Below the pieces are notes generated by a model, which was given only the letters and a program-made list of their open reading frames with translations, was not told where the DNA came from and did no database searches. Position numbers and translations under genes: made by a program. From an uncultured Actinomycetes bacterium (GTDB taxonomy: Bacteria; Actinomycetota; CADDZG01; JAHWKV01), in NCBI GenBank assembly GCA_964501265.1, contig CAZCSK010000001.1:86314-150313 (forward strand): a DNA stretch of 64,000 nucleotides, in the 5' to 3' direction. Positions 1 through 9,400 of this stretch are shown here, piece after piece. Position 1 is the stretch's first letter, and every line of letters begins with the position of its first letter.

Positions 1-660
1 CACTGCGGCTTCAGCAAGGCGTGCCCAGGTTGTCGGTTCGCCGCCGCCGGCGAGGTGGATGACTCCCCTCTGTCCCTTGCCGATCAACTCGAGGATGCCA
101 TGTGCTAAGTCGACCGCGTACGTCGGGCGGCCCCACTGATCGTCGACAACATCGATTGACTCCCGGTCACGGGCCACCGCCAGGATCGAGCGGATGAAGT
201 TGCCCCCTTCGCCGAACATCCACGAAGTTCTAACGACTAGATGTTCAGCCGTCGCGGCCCTGCGTTCGCCCTCAAGTTTTGTACGGCCGTATACGTTCAA
301 CGGCCCCGTTTGGTCATCTTCGTTGTAAGGGCCTGACTTATCTCCGGAAAAGACATAGTCGGTCGAAATCTGAACCAACAAAGCCCCGTGACGCGCGCAA
401 GCCTCTGCCAGATTGCCGACGGCCTCAGAGTTCACCGCCGCCGCGGCGCCGGGATTGGCCTCGGCATCCTTGACGTTATAAACCGCAGCATTGATCACAA
501 CTTTTGGACTGTGTACGGCGACACTCTTCATCACGGCCACCGGATCGGTCACATCCAAACCAGCGTGATCCAGTACAAGGGCATCGGGGCGAAGGGCAGC
601 CAGCGCTTTGCCCAACTGTCCGCCGCCGCCGGTTACCAGGATTCGGGTATCGATGCCCAC
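1..660 (-). CDS. rmlD: dTDP-4-dehydrorhamnose reductase (RmlD), partial; C-terminus lies beyond window start
   Basis: Manual translation of the reverse strand from ~660 gives VGIDTRILVTGGGGQLGKALAALRPDALVLDHAGLDVTDPVAVMKSV..., the Rossmann N-terminus typical of RmlD. It overlaps the rmlC stop by ~28 nt. Not in the ORF track because its stop lies outside the window. Confidence 0.75.
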   Translation of the reverse strand, partial: MGIDTRILVTGGGGQLGKALAALRPDALVLDHAGLDVTDPVAVMKSVAVHSPKVVINAAVYNVKDAEANPGAAAAVNSEAVGNLAEACARHGALLVQISTDYVFSGDKSGPYNEDDQTGPLNVYGRTKLEGERRAATAEHLVVRTSWMFGEGGNFIRSILAVARDRESIDVVDDQWGRPTYAVDLAHGILELIGKGQRGVIHLAGGGEPTTWARLAEAAV

Positions 661-1211
661 TCGAGTTTGGAGTTTTCCTTGTCTCGGTCGGAAAGAATCG
701 GGCCGGAGATCTTCCAGGGACAGTCGAATGCGGGATCGTCCCATGCCACCCCGAACTCGTCGCTTGCGTCGTAGTAATCGGTCACCCAGTAGATGAGATC
801 CACATCCGTAACGGCAAGGAAACCATGAGCCACGCCCGGAGGGATATACAGGACTTGCGGTTCGCCGCCGACAAGGTCGATCGATACAACCGCTGGTTGG
901 TCCGTGCGGGTGCGAAGGTCGGCCAGCATCGCTTGGGCGTGGCCTCCAATGACGTACCAGAGGTCGGATTGATGGCGGTGCCAGTGAAGGCCGCGCAGCA
1001 CACCTGACGTGGATTTGGAATGATTGCTTTGCACGAACTTGACCCCGAGATTGCTCTCCCGCAAAATCTCCATGAAGGATCCTCGCTCGTCGGTGTGAAC
1101 GTCAGGGACGCCGATCAGGGCGCCGGGAATACCCGTAACTTCTTCGAACTTCATGCCGACTTCGAGTCGGTGTAAATAGACTCCGCTTCGGCTACGTGCG
1201 ATGCCCACCAA
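633..1211 (-). CDS. rmlC: dTDP-4-dehydrorhamnose 3,5-epimerase (RmlC, cupin fold)
   Basis: 192-aa ORF with a cupin-fold core (…RGLHWH…). Lies between rmlB and rmlD on the same strand. Confidence 0.85.
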   Translation of the reverse strand: MVGIARSRSGVYLHRLEVGMKFEEVTGIPGALIGVPDVHTDERGSFMEILRESNLGVKFVQSNHSKSTSGVLRGLHWHRHQSDLWYVIGGHAQAMLADLRTRTDQPAVVSIDLVGGEPQVLYIPPGVAHGFLAVTDVDLIYWVTDYYDASDEFGVAWDDPAFDCPWKISGPILSDRDKENSKLEWASIPESW

Positions 1212-2167
1212 TCGCGATTATTGCCATACCAGTCGACGGTTTTGCCGAGCTGTTCCCAGACGTCGCCTGGGCTCCAGCCAAGGGCGGTGATCTTTGAGGA
1301 GTCGACTGCGTAACGGCGATCGTGGTCGGGCCGATCGTAGGCAGTCATGGTGATGCGGTCGTCGCCCAAGTCGAGGTAACGCAAAAGCCAGCGGACCAGT
1401 TCGATGTTGGTGATTTCCGGATCGTGCATGGGGCCAACGTTGTACGCCTCGCCCGGCGTGCCCTGCTCTGCCAGGAGTCCGATCGCCCGGGCAAAGTCCT
1501 CGGCGAAAAGCCATTGCCTTATATAGAGGCCATCACCCCAAACCAGCAACGGGTCGTCGGTGAGCGCTCGCGCGATCCATCGCGGAAACGCCTTCTCGGG
1601 AAACTGCCAAGGGCCAAATGCGTTTGTGGGGCGGGCCACGACTACGGCCAGCCTGTCGGAGTGCGCAAGGGCAAGGTCGTCGCCCAATGCCTTCGATTGC
1701 GCATAAGGGCTGCTCGCCGCCCCCACGCCCGGCGGCTTATCGACCTCACGGAAGGCGCCTTCAAGGAGCGAACCGTAAACCTCGTCGGTGGAGATGTGTA
1801 CGAACTTCTCGACGCCGCTTGCAATGGATTCGGCGAGCATCGTGCGCGTGCCTTCAACGTTGGTGCGGTGGAATCTCTCAGGATTCGACTCGCTACGTGT
1901 CACGTGCGTCTCTGCGCCGTAGTGCACCACAACATCTGGTTTGTATTCGCGCATGGCCGCCTCGACATCCTCGGCCGAGGCAACATCGCCGCGCACAAAA
2001 GAGTAACGAGGATCGTCTTCAAGATCAGCGAGGCGAAGCCGGTCCCCCGCGTAGGTGAGCAGGTCGAAATTGACAACAGTCTTGGCCCCCGAAGCCAAAG
2101 CATGCCGGACAAAATGGCTACCCAAGAACCCGGCGCCGCCGGTGACGAGAATTCGGCTGCCGTTCAT
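1151..2167 (-). CDS. rmlB: dTDP-glucose 4,6-dehydratase (RmlB)
   Basis: ORF contains MNGSRILVTGGAGFLGSHFV… (GxxGxxG NAD site), a YxxxK region and extended-SDR dehydratase features. Start placed at ATG 2167 (MNGSRILVTG) rather than the ORF-track 2245. Confidence 0.85.
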   Translation of the reverse strand: MNGSRILVTGGAGFLGSHFVRHALASGAKTVVNFDLLTYAGDRLRLADLEDDPRYSFVRGDVASAEDVEAAMREYKPDVVVHYGAETHVTRSESNPERFHRTNVEGTRTMLAESIASGVEKFVHISTDEVYGSLLEGAFREVDKPPGVGAASSPYAQSKALGDDLALAHSDRLAVVVARPTNAFGPWQFPEKAFPRWIARALTDDPLLVWGDGLYIRQWLFAEDFARAIGLLAEQGTPGEAYNVGPMHDPEITNIELVRWLLRYLDLGDDRITMTAYDRPDHDRRYAVDSSKITALGWSPGDVWEQLGKTVDWYGNNRDWWASHVAEAESIYTDSKSA

Positions 2168-2316
2168 GACGAGATCAGAGCGCGCCAGCGTGAAGGCGCC
2201 TCGCGGAAGAACGTGCGTCAATAAACATTGCAACGAGAATACCATCGCTGCTTCGAACCAAGGGTGCGCTCCCCGGTGAATGGACCACAGCTTTCAGCCT
2301 TCTCATCAACGTTAGA

Positions 2317-5300
2317 TCACGCCCACCTTAGCGTCGCCCACGGGGCGTACCCCCGCGAACCGGAGGGTGCACTCGCAACAGATTTCGGACACTTCCTCGT
2401 CCCGTTGGATGTCGATTTAGAACGGGGACGGCATGGGGCGTCGGTGATGGTGCCAATGCCCTCGGAATCGCTGATCGAGGCGTTCACAGCGGCGGCCAGG
2501 TGGACCTTAAAGGTCTCGTCATATTCAGAGGTCGTGTCGCTGTTGACGATCACAGTCACAGTCTGGGTCGTGGTGGTCGGCCCAAAGGTTAAGGTCCCCG
2601 ACGTCGCCTGATAGTCCGATCCGGCAGCGGCTGTCACGTCTTGGGTCGCGAAGGTGACCGTTGCGGTGACTTCGGTCGCTCCGGTCTTGGTGACGGTAAA
2701 GACCGCGGTGGTGGTGCCGGAGCTACCTTCGTTCACGGTAACGTCGTTGATGGCAAATGAGGGTTGGTCGTCGTCGTTGGTGATCGTTCCAACGCCTTGA
2801 GAGTCGGAAATCGTTGCATCGGTAGCTCCACTCAGGTTGACGAAGAAAGTCTCGCTAGGCTCGAAGGTGGCATCTGCGTTGACTGGGATGCTGACCGATT
2901 GAGTGGTTGTCCCAGGCGCGAAAGCGAGAGTGCCACTGGTGGATGCATAGTCCGCAGGCGACGTAGCGTCGGCGTCGGCCGTGGCGAAGTTCACGGTAAC
3001 CATTTGTCCGCTCGCAGTCGACAGCGCGACTGTGAAGGTCGCCGCCCCGGCACCCTCCTCGACCGTCACATCGTTGATCGAGATGGTCGGGCCAGGATCG
3101 TTGTCGGTGATCGTACCCACACCCTGGCCGGGCCCGCCGGCCGAGATCGTTGCGTTAGTTGGATTGGAGAGATTGACGATAAAGGTCTCATTTTCCTCGT
3201 CAAGACTGTCCTCGAGGATCGTAACGTCCACCGTAGTCGTTGTTTGCCCAGAGGCAAAGGTCGCCGTCCCGGTTGCCGCGGTGTAATCGAACCCTGCCGT
3301 CGCGGTCGCGTTCGCGGTGGCAAAATCCACCGTCGCCTCATCAGTCAGCGGCTGCGACAGCGAAAGGGTGAAGGTCGCCGTCCCGCTATCCTCGCCGACA
3401 GCGACATCCGTGATCGAGATCGAGGGCGGCGGCCCGACGATCACGGTCACCGTCGCGGTGTCCGTGCGACCCTCTGGAAGCTCTGAATCGGTGATCGTGT
3501 AGGTGAAGCTGTCGGTGCCGATGAAGTTCGAGTAGGGACTGTAAGTACAGACTCCAGCCTGGGTGCATGAGGCCGCGCCGTTGGCAGGCGGGGTAGAGGC
3601 GGTCACGGTGAAGGGATCCCCATCGGGGTCATAGTCGTTGTTCACTACGTTGATCGTGACCGGCTTGCCCTGGCGAGTGCCAGCCGAATCGTCCACGGCG
3701 TTGGGAGACCGGTTTGGAGCGGTTCTTGCGAACGGGAGTTCGCGCTGCGATTGAACGTCGTCCAGAAAACCTTCACCCTCAACCGTCGAGGGACATAGCC
3801 GGAGGGGCTTGAACTTCCACTGCTCGTACATTTCGAGCTGGTCGATGTAGTGGGCGGGATATGCGCTGTTCGCCTTCGGGTCCGAGGTGTCCGATTCATA
3901 TCTCAGCAAATCGGCCGCCGAGACGGGCGCGCCCTGGCCCGGGGGCAAGATCGAGAGGGCGTTGCAGGTTCCGATTTCAGATATGAAATTGTAAGAGGAA
4001 TGGTCGAAACCGTTCACATCCCGCACCGCGAGGGCCCCAAGAGCTCGGACCTCTATCGTGTTCACGGGTAGTTTGGGCAAGCTCGACAGATCCCCGGTCC
4101 CGGTCGGATCGAGGACATTCAATCCCTCGTCCAGGGCAGTCACTAACAACTCGTCCCAAGTTTCGACGGTCTCGGTAGTAGAGATGTTGTCGAAGTATTT
4201 GCGCGAGGGGGTGAGACCGGTGAAGGGCTCACGCGCGCGCGCGTGACGCAACCACCGCTCCAAGGGGGCTAGTTGCTCCTGCGACGTACCGATCGACGGC
4301 CGACCCGCCAACTCGTCGAATACGAGTGGATAGATGCGGTCCCAGACCGGTCCGGGTTTCAGCGTGCCCCCGTACACATCACTCGGCATGTCATCGGCAG
4401 CCCAGATGGCCAGCCCGGGCGCGTCGTAGAAACCGTCCCCGTTCCCGATCCCGTCCACGTCGACGCGAGCGAACCCGGACTCCGCCCAGTCGTGGAGTAG
4501 GCCCAGTGCTTCCTCCCGACGATCCTGAGCCGGAGTGGTCGGCGTGGAGCGCATCTCAACTGCCTCACTCATTGCGTCGACTAAGAATCCCACCAAAGGA
4601 TCGGTGTCGCAGCAAGCAAGACGGTTCACTACCTTCATTTCGGCGAAGCTCACAGTATCGAGTTCGTCGGCGTCGGCGAGAGACCGGACAATGTCTTCGG
4701 TGACGCCTCGGCGCTCCAACCGCCCAATACGCCATTCGTCTGAGGACGACCACCAACTAACCGGCTTTGAGTCCCATCCTTGATTCGCGACGAGAAACCC
4801 TTGGCTCGGGTTGCGAACGTGGGGATTGGGGATCAAACCCTCCTGCCACTCAAAATCGCTGGAGTGCCCTGGGGTGGGGAGTCGAAGGTCGAGTCCAGCG
4901 GCGTGGAGCTGATTGCGCCCCGAAAACCAGTAAGCGATGTTGCCTTCCGTGTCGGCGTACGGGATGTGAACGCTCCAGGAGGCCTCCTGGATCGCGTCGT
5001 TGGCCTCATCGATGGTTTGAGCCTCAGTTAGGTGGAAGAGACTGGCGAGGTTGTCGAGAACATGCCCTTCTTGCGCCCGCTTGCGAACGTACGCGACGTC
5101 ATTGTCTGGGTCGGTGCTGAAAACCGTTCCATGTAGTGATCGCTGGAATTCGCGCTCCTCAGTCGTGAACTCGGGCACCGTCGGACTGGTGGGATTGGTG
5201 TTGCGGACGAGGAATTGTTCCGTCCGACGCACGAAGGGCCGGGCATCATCATCGTATATGTAGAAGTTGTCAACGTCCGAGAGCTGCTCTATTACCACGT

Positions 5301-6393
5301 CGACTTGATCCCCGGCTGATCCGGCCACTATCGTCCACGCGTGGTGGCTGCACGTTCCATTTACGAGGAATGGCCCCGCCCCCGGAACTGCCGCGCCCGC
5401 GCAATCGATGCCCGGAGCATGCATCCCAACTTCCCACACGAGCGGCGGAGCGGCGATCCCAGACTGCGGTGCGCCAAGGAGCATGGCATTGCCGCTGGCC
5501 GATTGCGAGGGGCCTATTGCGACTCCATACGATCCAAGCTTGGGCAGCGCAGCATCGTCCATGACGCGCCCCAGCAATGCGTCCTGCGACTGGGTCATGG
5601 CCATCGGCAAGGGAAGATCCAAGAATGCGAGTTGAGAGGGGGGCGGAGTGCCGGGCGGCGACGTCAGAATGCTCGGCGCCGGCGGTGCATCGGAGTCAGG
5701 GATGACGGGCGTCGCGTCGGGGTCGTTGATCCAAAGCGTGTCGTCCCAAATACCATCGGCCTCGGCCGAAATGGCGCCGGCCTCGGCCGCGGGAAACCTG
5801 TCCTTCAGCTGGCCCAAGAACACTGCGTTCTCCAGCTCGCCGCCTCCGCCCCAGCCTCCATTATCGACACTTGTGAACAGCAGGGCGACGGCCGCAGAGT
5901 CGATCATGGTCCAAGGCTCGGGTTCGTAGCCGAGGGCCGCAAACTCCACGGGGCTTCGAGTGGGATCGGCGATAACCGCGGCCCACCCGGCGGTGATGCC
6001 GTTGGCGTAAGCATCCCAAAGTCCCCGCAGATCGGGATCCCAGTCGTCGATCTCGGCCTGGATGCGGCTCCTCTCGAAAAACTCCTGGCGCATGAGAATG
6101 TCCTCCTGGAGGAAGTCCCCCGTACCATCGTTATCCGCATCTTCGCCGGCCCCCAGAATCTCGGTCAGCCGCCCCTGGCCCGCCCGACGGTATACGTCTA
6201 ACTGAAAGGGCCGATCCTCAGCCAGCGAAAAACCCATGGCGTAGGCCAGGGCGTTCTGGGAAGGCGCGTCGATGTGCGGAACCCCGAAGGAGTCGCGGTA
6301 AACGGTGGCGAGTTCCGCCGGGGCTGCCAAGGTTGGCGATGGAAGCACAACAGTGATGAGCGTCAGCGCACAGAGAATCGCTGCCCCTCGCAC
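2317..6393 (-). CDS. Secreted penicillin-amidase-family (Ntn-hydrolase S45) protein with cadherin-like/VCBS-like segment and 4 C-terminal Calx-beta domains
   Basis: N-terminus has a signal peptide followed by VYRDSFGVPHIDAPSQNALAYAMGF…, the hallmark penicillin/AHL acylase motif. The C-terminal ~480 aa carry 4 repeats of …TFTVxLSxxSGQxVTVxFATAxxTATxxxDYxxxSGTLxFAPGTTTQxVxIxVxxDxxxExxETFFVNLSxATxATI…GxGTITxDD (Calx-beta-like), preceded by NNDYDPDGDPFTVTA…. Confidence 0.8.
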   Translation of the reverse strand: MRGAAILCALTLITVVLPSPTLAAPAELATVYRDSFGVPHIDAPSQNALAYAMGFSLAEDRPFQLDVYRRAGQGRLTEILGAGEDADNDGTGDFLQEDILMRQEFFERSRIQAEIDDWDPDLRGLWDAYANGITAGWAAVIADPTRSPVEFAALGYEPEPWTMIDSAAVALLFTSVDNGGWGGGGELENAVFLGQLKDRFPAAEAGAISAEADGIWDDTLWINDPDATPVIPDSDAPPAPSILTSPPGTPPPSQLAFLDLPLPMAMTQSQDALLGRVMDDAALPKLGSYGVAIGPSQSASGNAMLLGAPQSGIAAPPLVWEVGMHAPGIDCAGAAVPGAGPFLVNGTCSHHAWTIVAGSAGDQVDVVIEQLSDVDNFYIYDDDARPFVRRTEQFLVRNTNPTSPTVPEFTTEEREFQRSLHGTVFSTDPDNDVAYVRKRAQEGHVLDNLASLFHLTEAQTIDEANDAIQEASWSVHIPYADTEGNIAYWFSGRNQLHAAGLDLRLPTPGHSSDFEWQEGLIPNPHVRNPSQGFLVANQGWDSKPVSWWSSSDEWRIGRLERRGVTEDIVRSLADADELDTVSFAEMKVVNRLACCDTDPLVGFLVDAMSEAVEMRSTPTTPAQDRREEALGLLHDWAESGFARVDVDGIGNGDGFYDAPGLAIWAADDMPSDVYGGTLKPGPVWDRIYPLVFDELAGRPSIGTSQEQLAPLERWLRHARAREPFTGLTPSRKYFDNISTTETVETWDELLVTALDEGLNVLDPTGTGDLSSLPKLPVNTIEVRALGALAVRDVNGFDHSSYNFISEIGTCNALSILPPGQGAPVSAADLLRYESDTSDPKANSAYPAHYIDQLEMYEQWKFKPLRLCPSTVEGEGFLDDVQSQRELPFARTAPNRSPNAVDDSAGTRQGKPVTINVVNNDYDPDGDPFTVTASTPPANGAASCTQAGVCTYSPYSNFIGTDSFTYTITDSELPEGRTDTATVTVIVGPPPSISITDVAVGEDSGTATFTLSLSQPLTDEATVDFATANATATAGFDYTAATGTATFASGQTTTTVDVTILEDSLDEENETFIVNLSNPTNATISAGGPGQGVGTITDNDPGPTISINDVTVEEGAGAATFTVALSTASGQMVTVNFATADADATSPADYASTSGTLAFAPGTTTQSVSIPVNADATFEPSETFFVNLSGATDATISDSQGVGTITNDDDQPSFAINDVTVNEGSSGTTTAVFTVTKTGATEVTATVTFATQDVTAAAGSDYQATSGTLTFGPTTTTQTVTVIVNSDTTSEYDETFKVHLAAAVNASISDSEGIGTITDAPCRPRSKSTSNGTRKCPKSVASAPSGSRGYAPWATLRWA

Positions 6394-6411
6394 GCGGTTC
6401 CACGTAATGAG

Positions 6412-6439
6412 GCAGGCCCTGCCGGTAGGCAGGGCCTGC
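6412..6439. terminator. Perfect 12-bp stem / 4-nt loop hairpin between two co-directional giant genes (putative intrinsic terminator, no U-tract)
   Basis: gcaggccctgcc-ggta-ggcagggcctgc read directly from the sequence. Lies between the stop of the 6474..10693 gene and the start of the 2317..6393 gene. Confidence 0.45.
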
Positions 6440-6473
6440 TCTCTAACTACTAGGTACGTGATTTTGGCTTAAC

Positions 6474-9400
6474 TCACAGGAGGAAGTCCCAGAGGTTACC
6501 CGTTCGGTCCAGCACCACGCCGGCGAACGAACTGGGCAGATCAAACGCTTTGTAGCTATCCACTCCCACGGTGTAAGGATGGCTGGCAGCGACAGCGGTC
6601 ACGGCTCCGAACGGGTGGATGCCGCCGTAGCCGTCGAGCACGTAACCCGAGTTCGGCTCGTTCGTTAGCAGCGCATCGTTGGCGATGTCGTTGCCAGCGA
6701 AGTAAGGCAGCCCTGTCAGTGCAGCCGCGCCGTTGACCGGGTGCATGCCGCCGTAGCCGTCCAGGATGTACCCAGGTGAGTCTCCCGTCGCGGGATCCTG
6801 CAGCACCAGCTCACGTGCGATGTCGATGCTGAAGTAAGGCCCGGGCACAGCACCGTTCCCGCCGAACGGGTGGATTCCACCACGACCGTCGAGCATGTAT
6901 CCGCCGTCATAGTCTTGCTCCTGGTTGTAACCGGTCAGGACCACGTCCCTTGCGATGTCGTTGCCGGGGAAGTACGGAAGTCCCTGGATTGCGTTCGGCG
7001 TGGTTCCGCTGAGGGTGCGGAACGGGTGCATACCGCCCCAACCATCGAGGACGAATCCGCCTGACACGTCGCCATTCTGGTCTTCAAGTAGGACAACTTC
7101 GCGTGCGATGTCGAAGTTGGGGAAGTAGGGCAGTCCCGTGACCGCTTCAGCCGCACCTACGGGGTGCAGCCCTCCGTATCCATCGAGGATGTACCCGCTG
7201 CAACTGTCGAACATCTCCACGTCTCGTGCGATGTCGCCCGAGAATGTGGGCTCGTTATACGGACCACATGAAGCGTTGGTTATCGTGCCCACGCCCTGGG
7301 GGTCGGAAATCGTTGCGTTGGTTGCCCCACTTAGGTTGACGAAGAAGGTCTCGTCGGGCTCAAACGTCGTATCTGCGTTAACCGTGATGTCGACTGTTTG
7401 GGTGGTCGTCCCAGGAGCGAAGATAAGCGTGGTCGTGACGACAGCCGTGTAGTCCAGCGGTGCTGTGGCTGTGCCGTTAGCCGTCGCATAATCAACAGTG
7501 ACGGTCTGACCACTGGGTGAGCCAAGAGTCACAGTGAAGGTGGCGGTGGTGGTACCCGCCGTGGGCTCCGCTACCGTCACGTCGTTGATGGACAAGCCGG
7601 GGGAGGCGGGAGGGTCATTGTCATTGATCGTGCCGACTCCCTGACCATCCAGGATTGCTGCGTTCACCGCGTTGGAAAGGTTGACGAAGAAGTTCTCGCT
7701 TGGCTCGTCCAATGCGTCATCCACGACCGAGACGTTGACCGTCTGCGTGGTTGCCCCGGGCGCGAATGTGACCGTGCCGGTAGCAGATGTGTAGTCCGCC
7801 GGTGCCGAGGCAGTGCCGTTGGCCGTCGCATAGTCGACGGTGACGGTCTGAGCGCTGGGCGCGGAAAGAGTCACCGTGAAGGTAGATGGCCCAGCTCCCT
7901 CGGTGACCGCCGGCGCGTCATTGATAGACAGAGTGGCGGTAGCTGGGTCGTTGTCGTTGATCGTGCCCACACCCTGACCATCAAGGATCGATGCGTTCGT
8001 CGCGTTGGAGAGGTTGACGAAGAAGTTCTCGCTGGGCTCGTCCACTGCGTCATCCACGACCGAGACGTTCACCGTCTGGGTGGTTGCCCCAGGCGCGAAC
8101 GTGAGAGTGGTGGTGGCAACGGCTGTGTAGTCCGCCGGTGCGGTGGCGGTGCCGTTGGCCGTCGCATAATCGACGGTCACTGTCTGACCGCTGGGGGCGG
8201 ACAGAGTCACCGTGAAGGTAGCTGGTCCGGCTCCCTCGGTGACCGCCGGCGCGTCATCGATGGACAAAGTGGCAGTAGCTGGGTCGTTGTCAGTGATCGT
8301 ACCCACGCCCTGACCATCAAGGATCGTTGCGTTCACCGCGTTGGAGAGGTTGACGAAGAAGTTCTCGGTTGGCTCATCCAATGCGTCATCCACGACCGAA
8401 ATGTTGACCGTCTGGGTGGTGGTACCGGGCGCGAATGTAGCCGTTGCAAGGGTAACGGCTGTGTAGTCCCCCGGCGCCGCGGCAGTGCCGTTGGCCGTCG
8501 AGTAGTTGACCGTTACCTCCTCGCTAATTGCTCCCGACAGCGTGATCGTGAAGGTAGCCGGGCCCCCGCTCTCGCTGACCGACGGAGCGTCGTTGATCGA
8601 GATCGTAGGCGCCATCACGTAGCCATTAAGCAGGTCGTGGCCGAGGAAGCAGCCGTTGGAGCAGGAATCCGCCGCGGTGATGTTCCCATCGCTGTTCAGG
8701 TCCACGAGACCGTTGTTGGCGGCGGCGGGAGGGTTCGCGAATCCACAGGGATTCGTGTTTCCTGCCGTGTTACCGAGGATGTCGGCCCCATCCGTCATGT
8801 CGCCGGCCCCGGCGTCGACCGTCTCACCGATGAGCCCGAAGTGACAGTCGTTGGCGTTGATCATCTCGTTGCCGTCAGAGTCCACCCGACCGCTGATGGC
8901 GGACCAAGCGAAGTCAGAGTCGCCGACATCCGGATTATCGGGATCACCGGCGTTAAAGACGGTGGGCAGCGGTCCATCGGCCACCTGAAACTCGCCGTCT
9001 ACGACATCGATCGTTACCCCATCGACGGTGCCGTCGTATCCGATGAGGGTGCAGTCGTCGCTGGCGTTGATTACGCCGTCGCCAGCGGCACCATCATTGT
9101 CAACGGTCCAGGCGTTGCAATCCAGGTATCCGTCGATGATGTGGGTGTCGCCGTAAAACGCGTTTGAGTCGTCGCGTCCAGTGACGGTGCCGCTACCGTT
9201 TAGGTCGGCCCGTCCGCCGATAATCGTCGGCGACAGCCCGCCCGTGTATACACCTGCGGGAGGCGGCGGCGGCGGCGCAGGAGCCACTGGCCCAGGAGAC
9301 TGCACGTAGCCGTTTGTAAGGTTGTGTCCGAAGAAACAGCCGTTGGTGCACGAGTCCGCGGCCGTGATGTCTCCGTCGCTGTTAAGGTCCACGAGCCCGT

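Noticed and set aside
388-1007. Plus-strand ORFs 388-774 and 504-1007 (128 and 167 aa)
   Set aside because: They overlap rmlD/rmlC on the opposite strand, where clear homology exists. They are low-complexity Arg/Pro-rich translations typical of GC-rich antisense frames.
2400-3700. Regularly spaced ~330-nt repeats that could superficially look like a repeat array/CRISPR-like periodicity
   Set aside because: They are coding Calx-beta domain repeats within long ORFs. No short direct repeats with unique spacers, and no cas genes.
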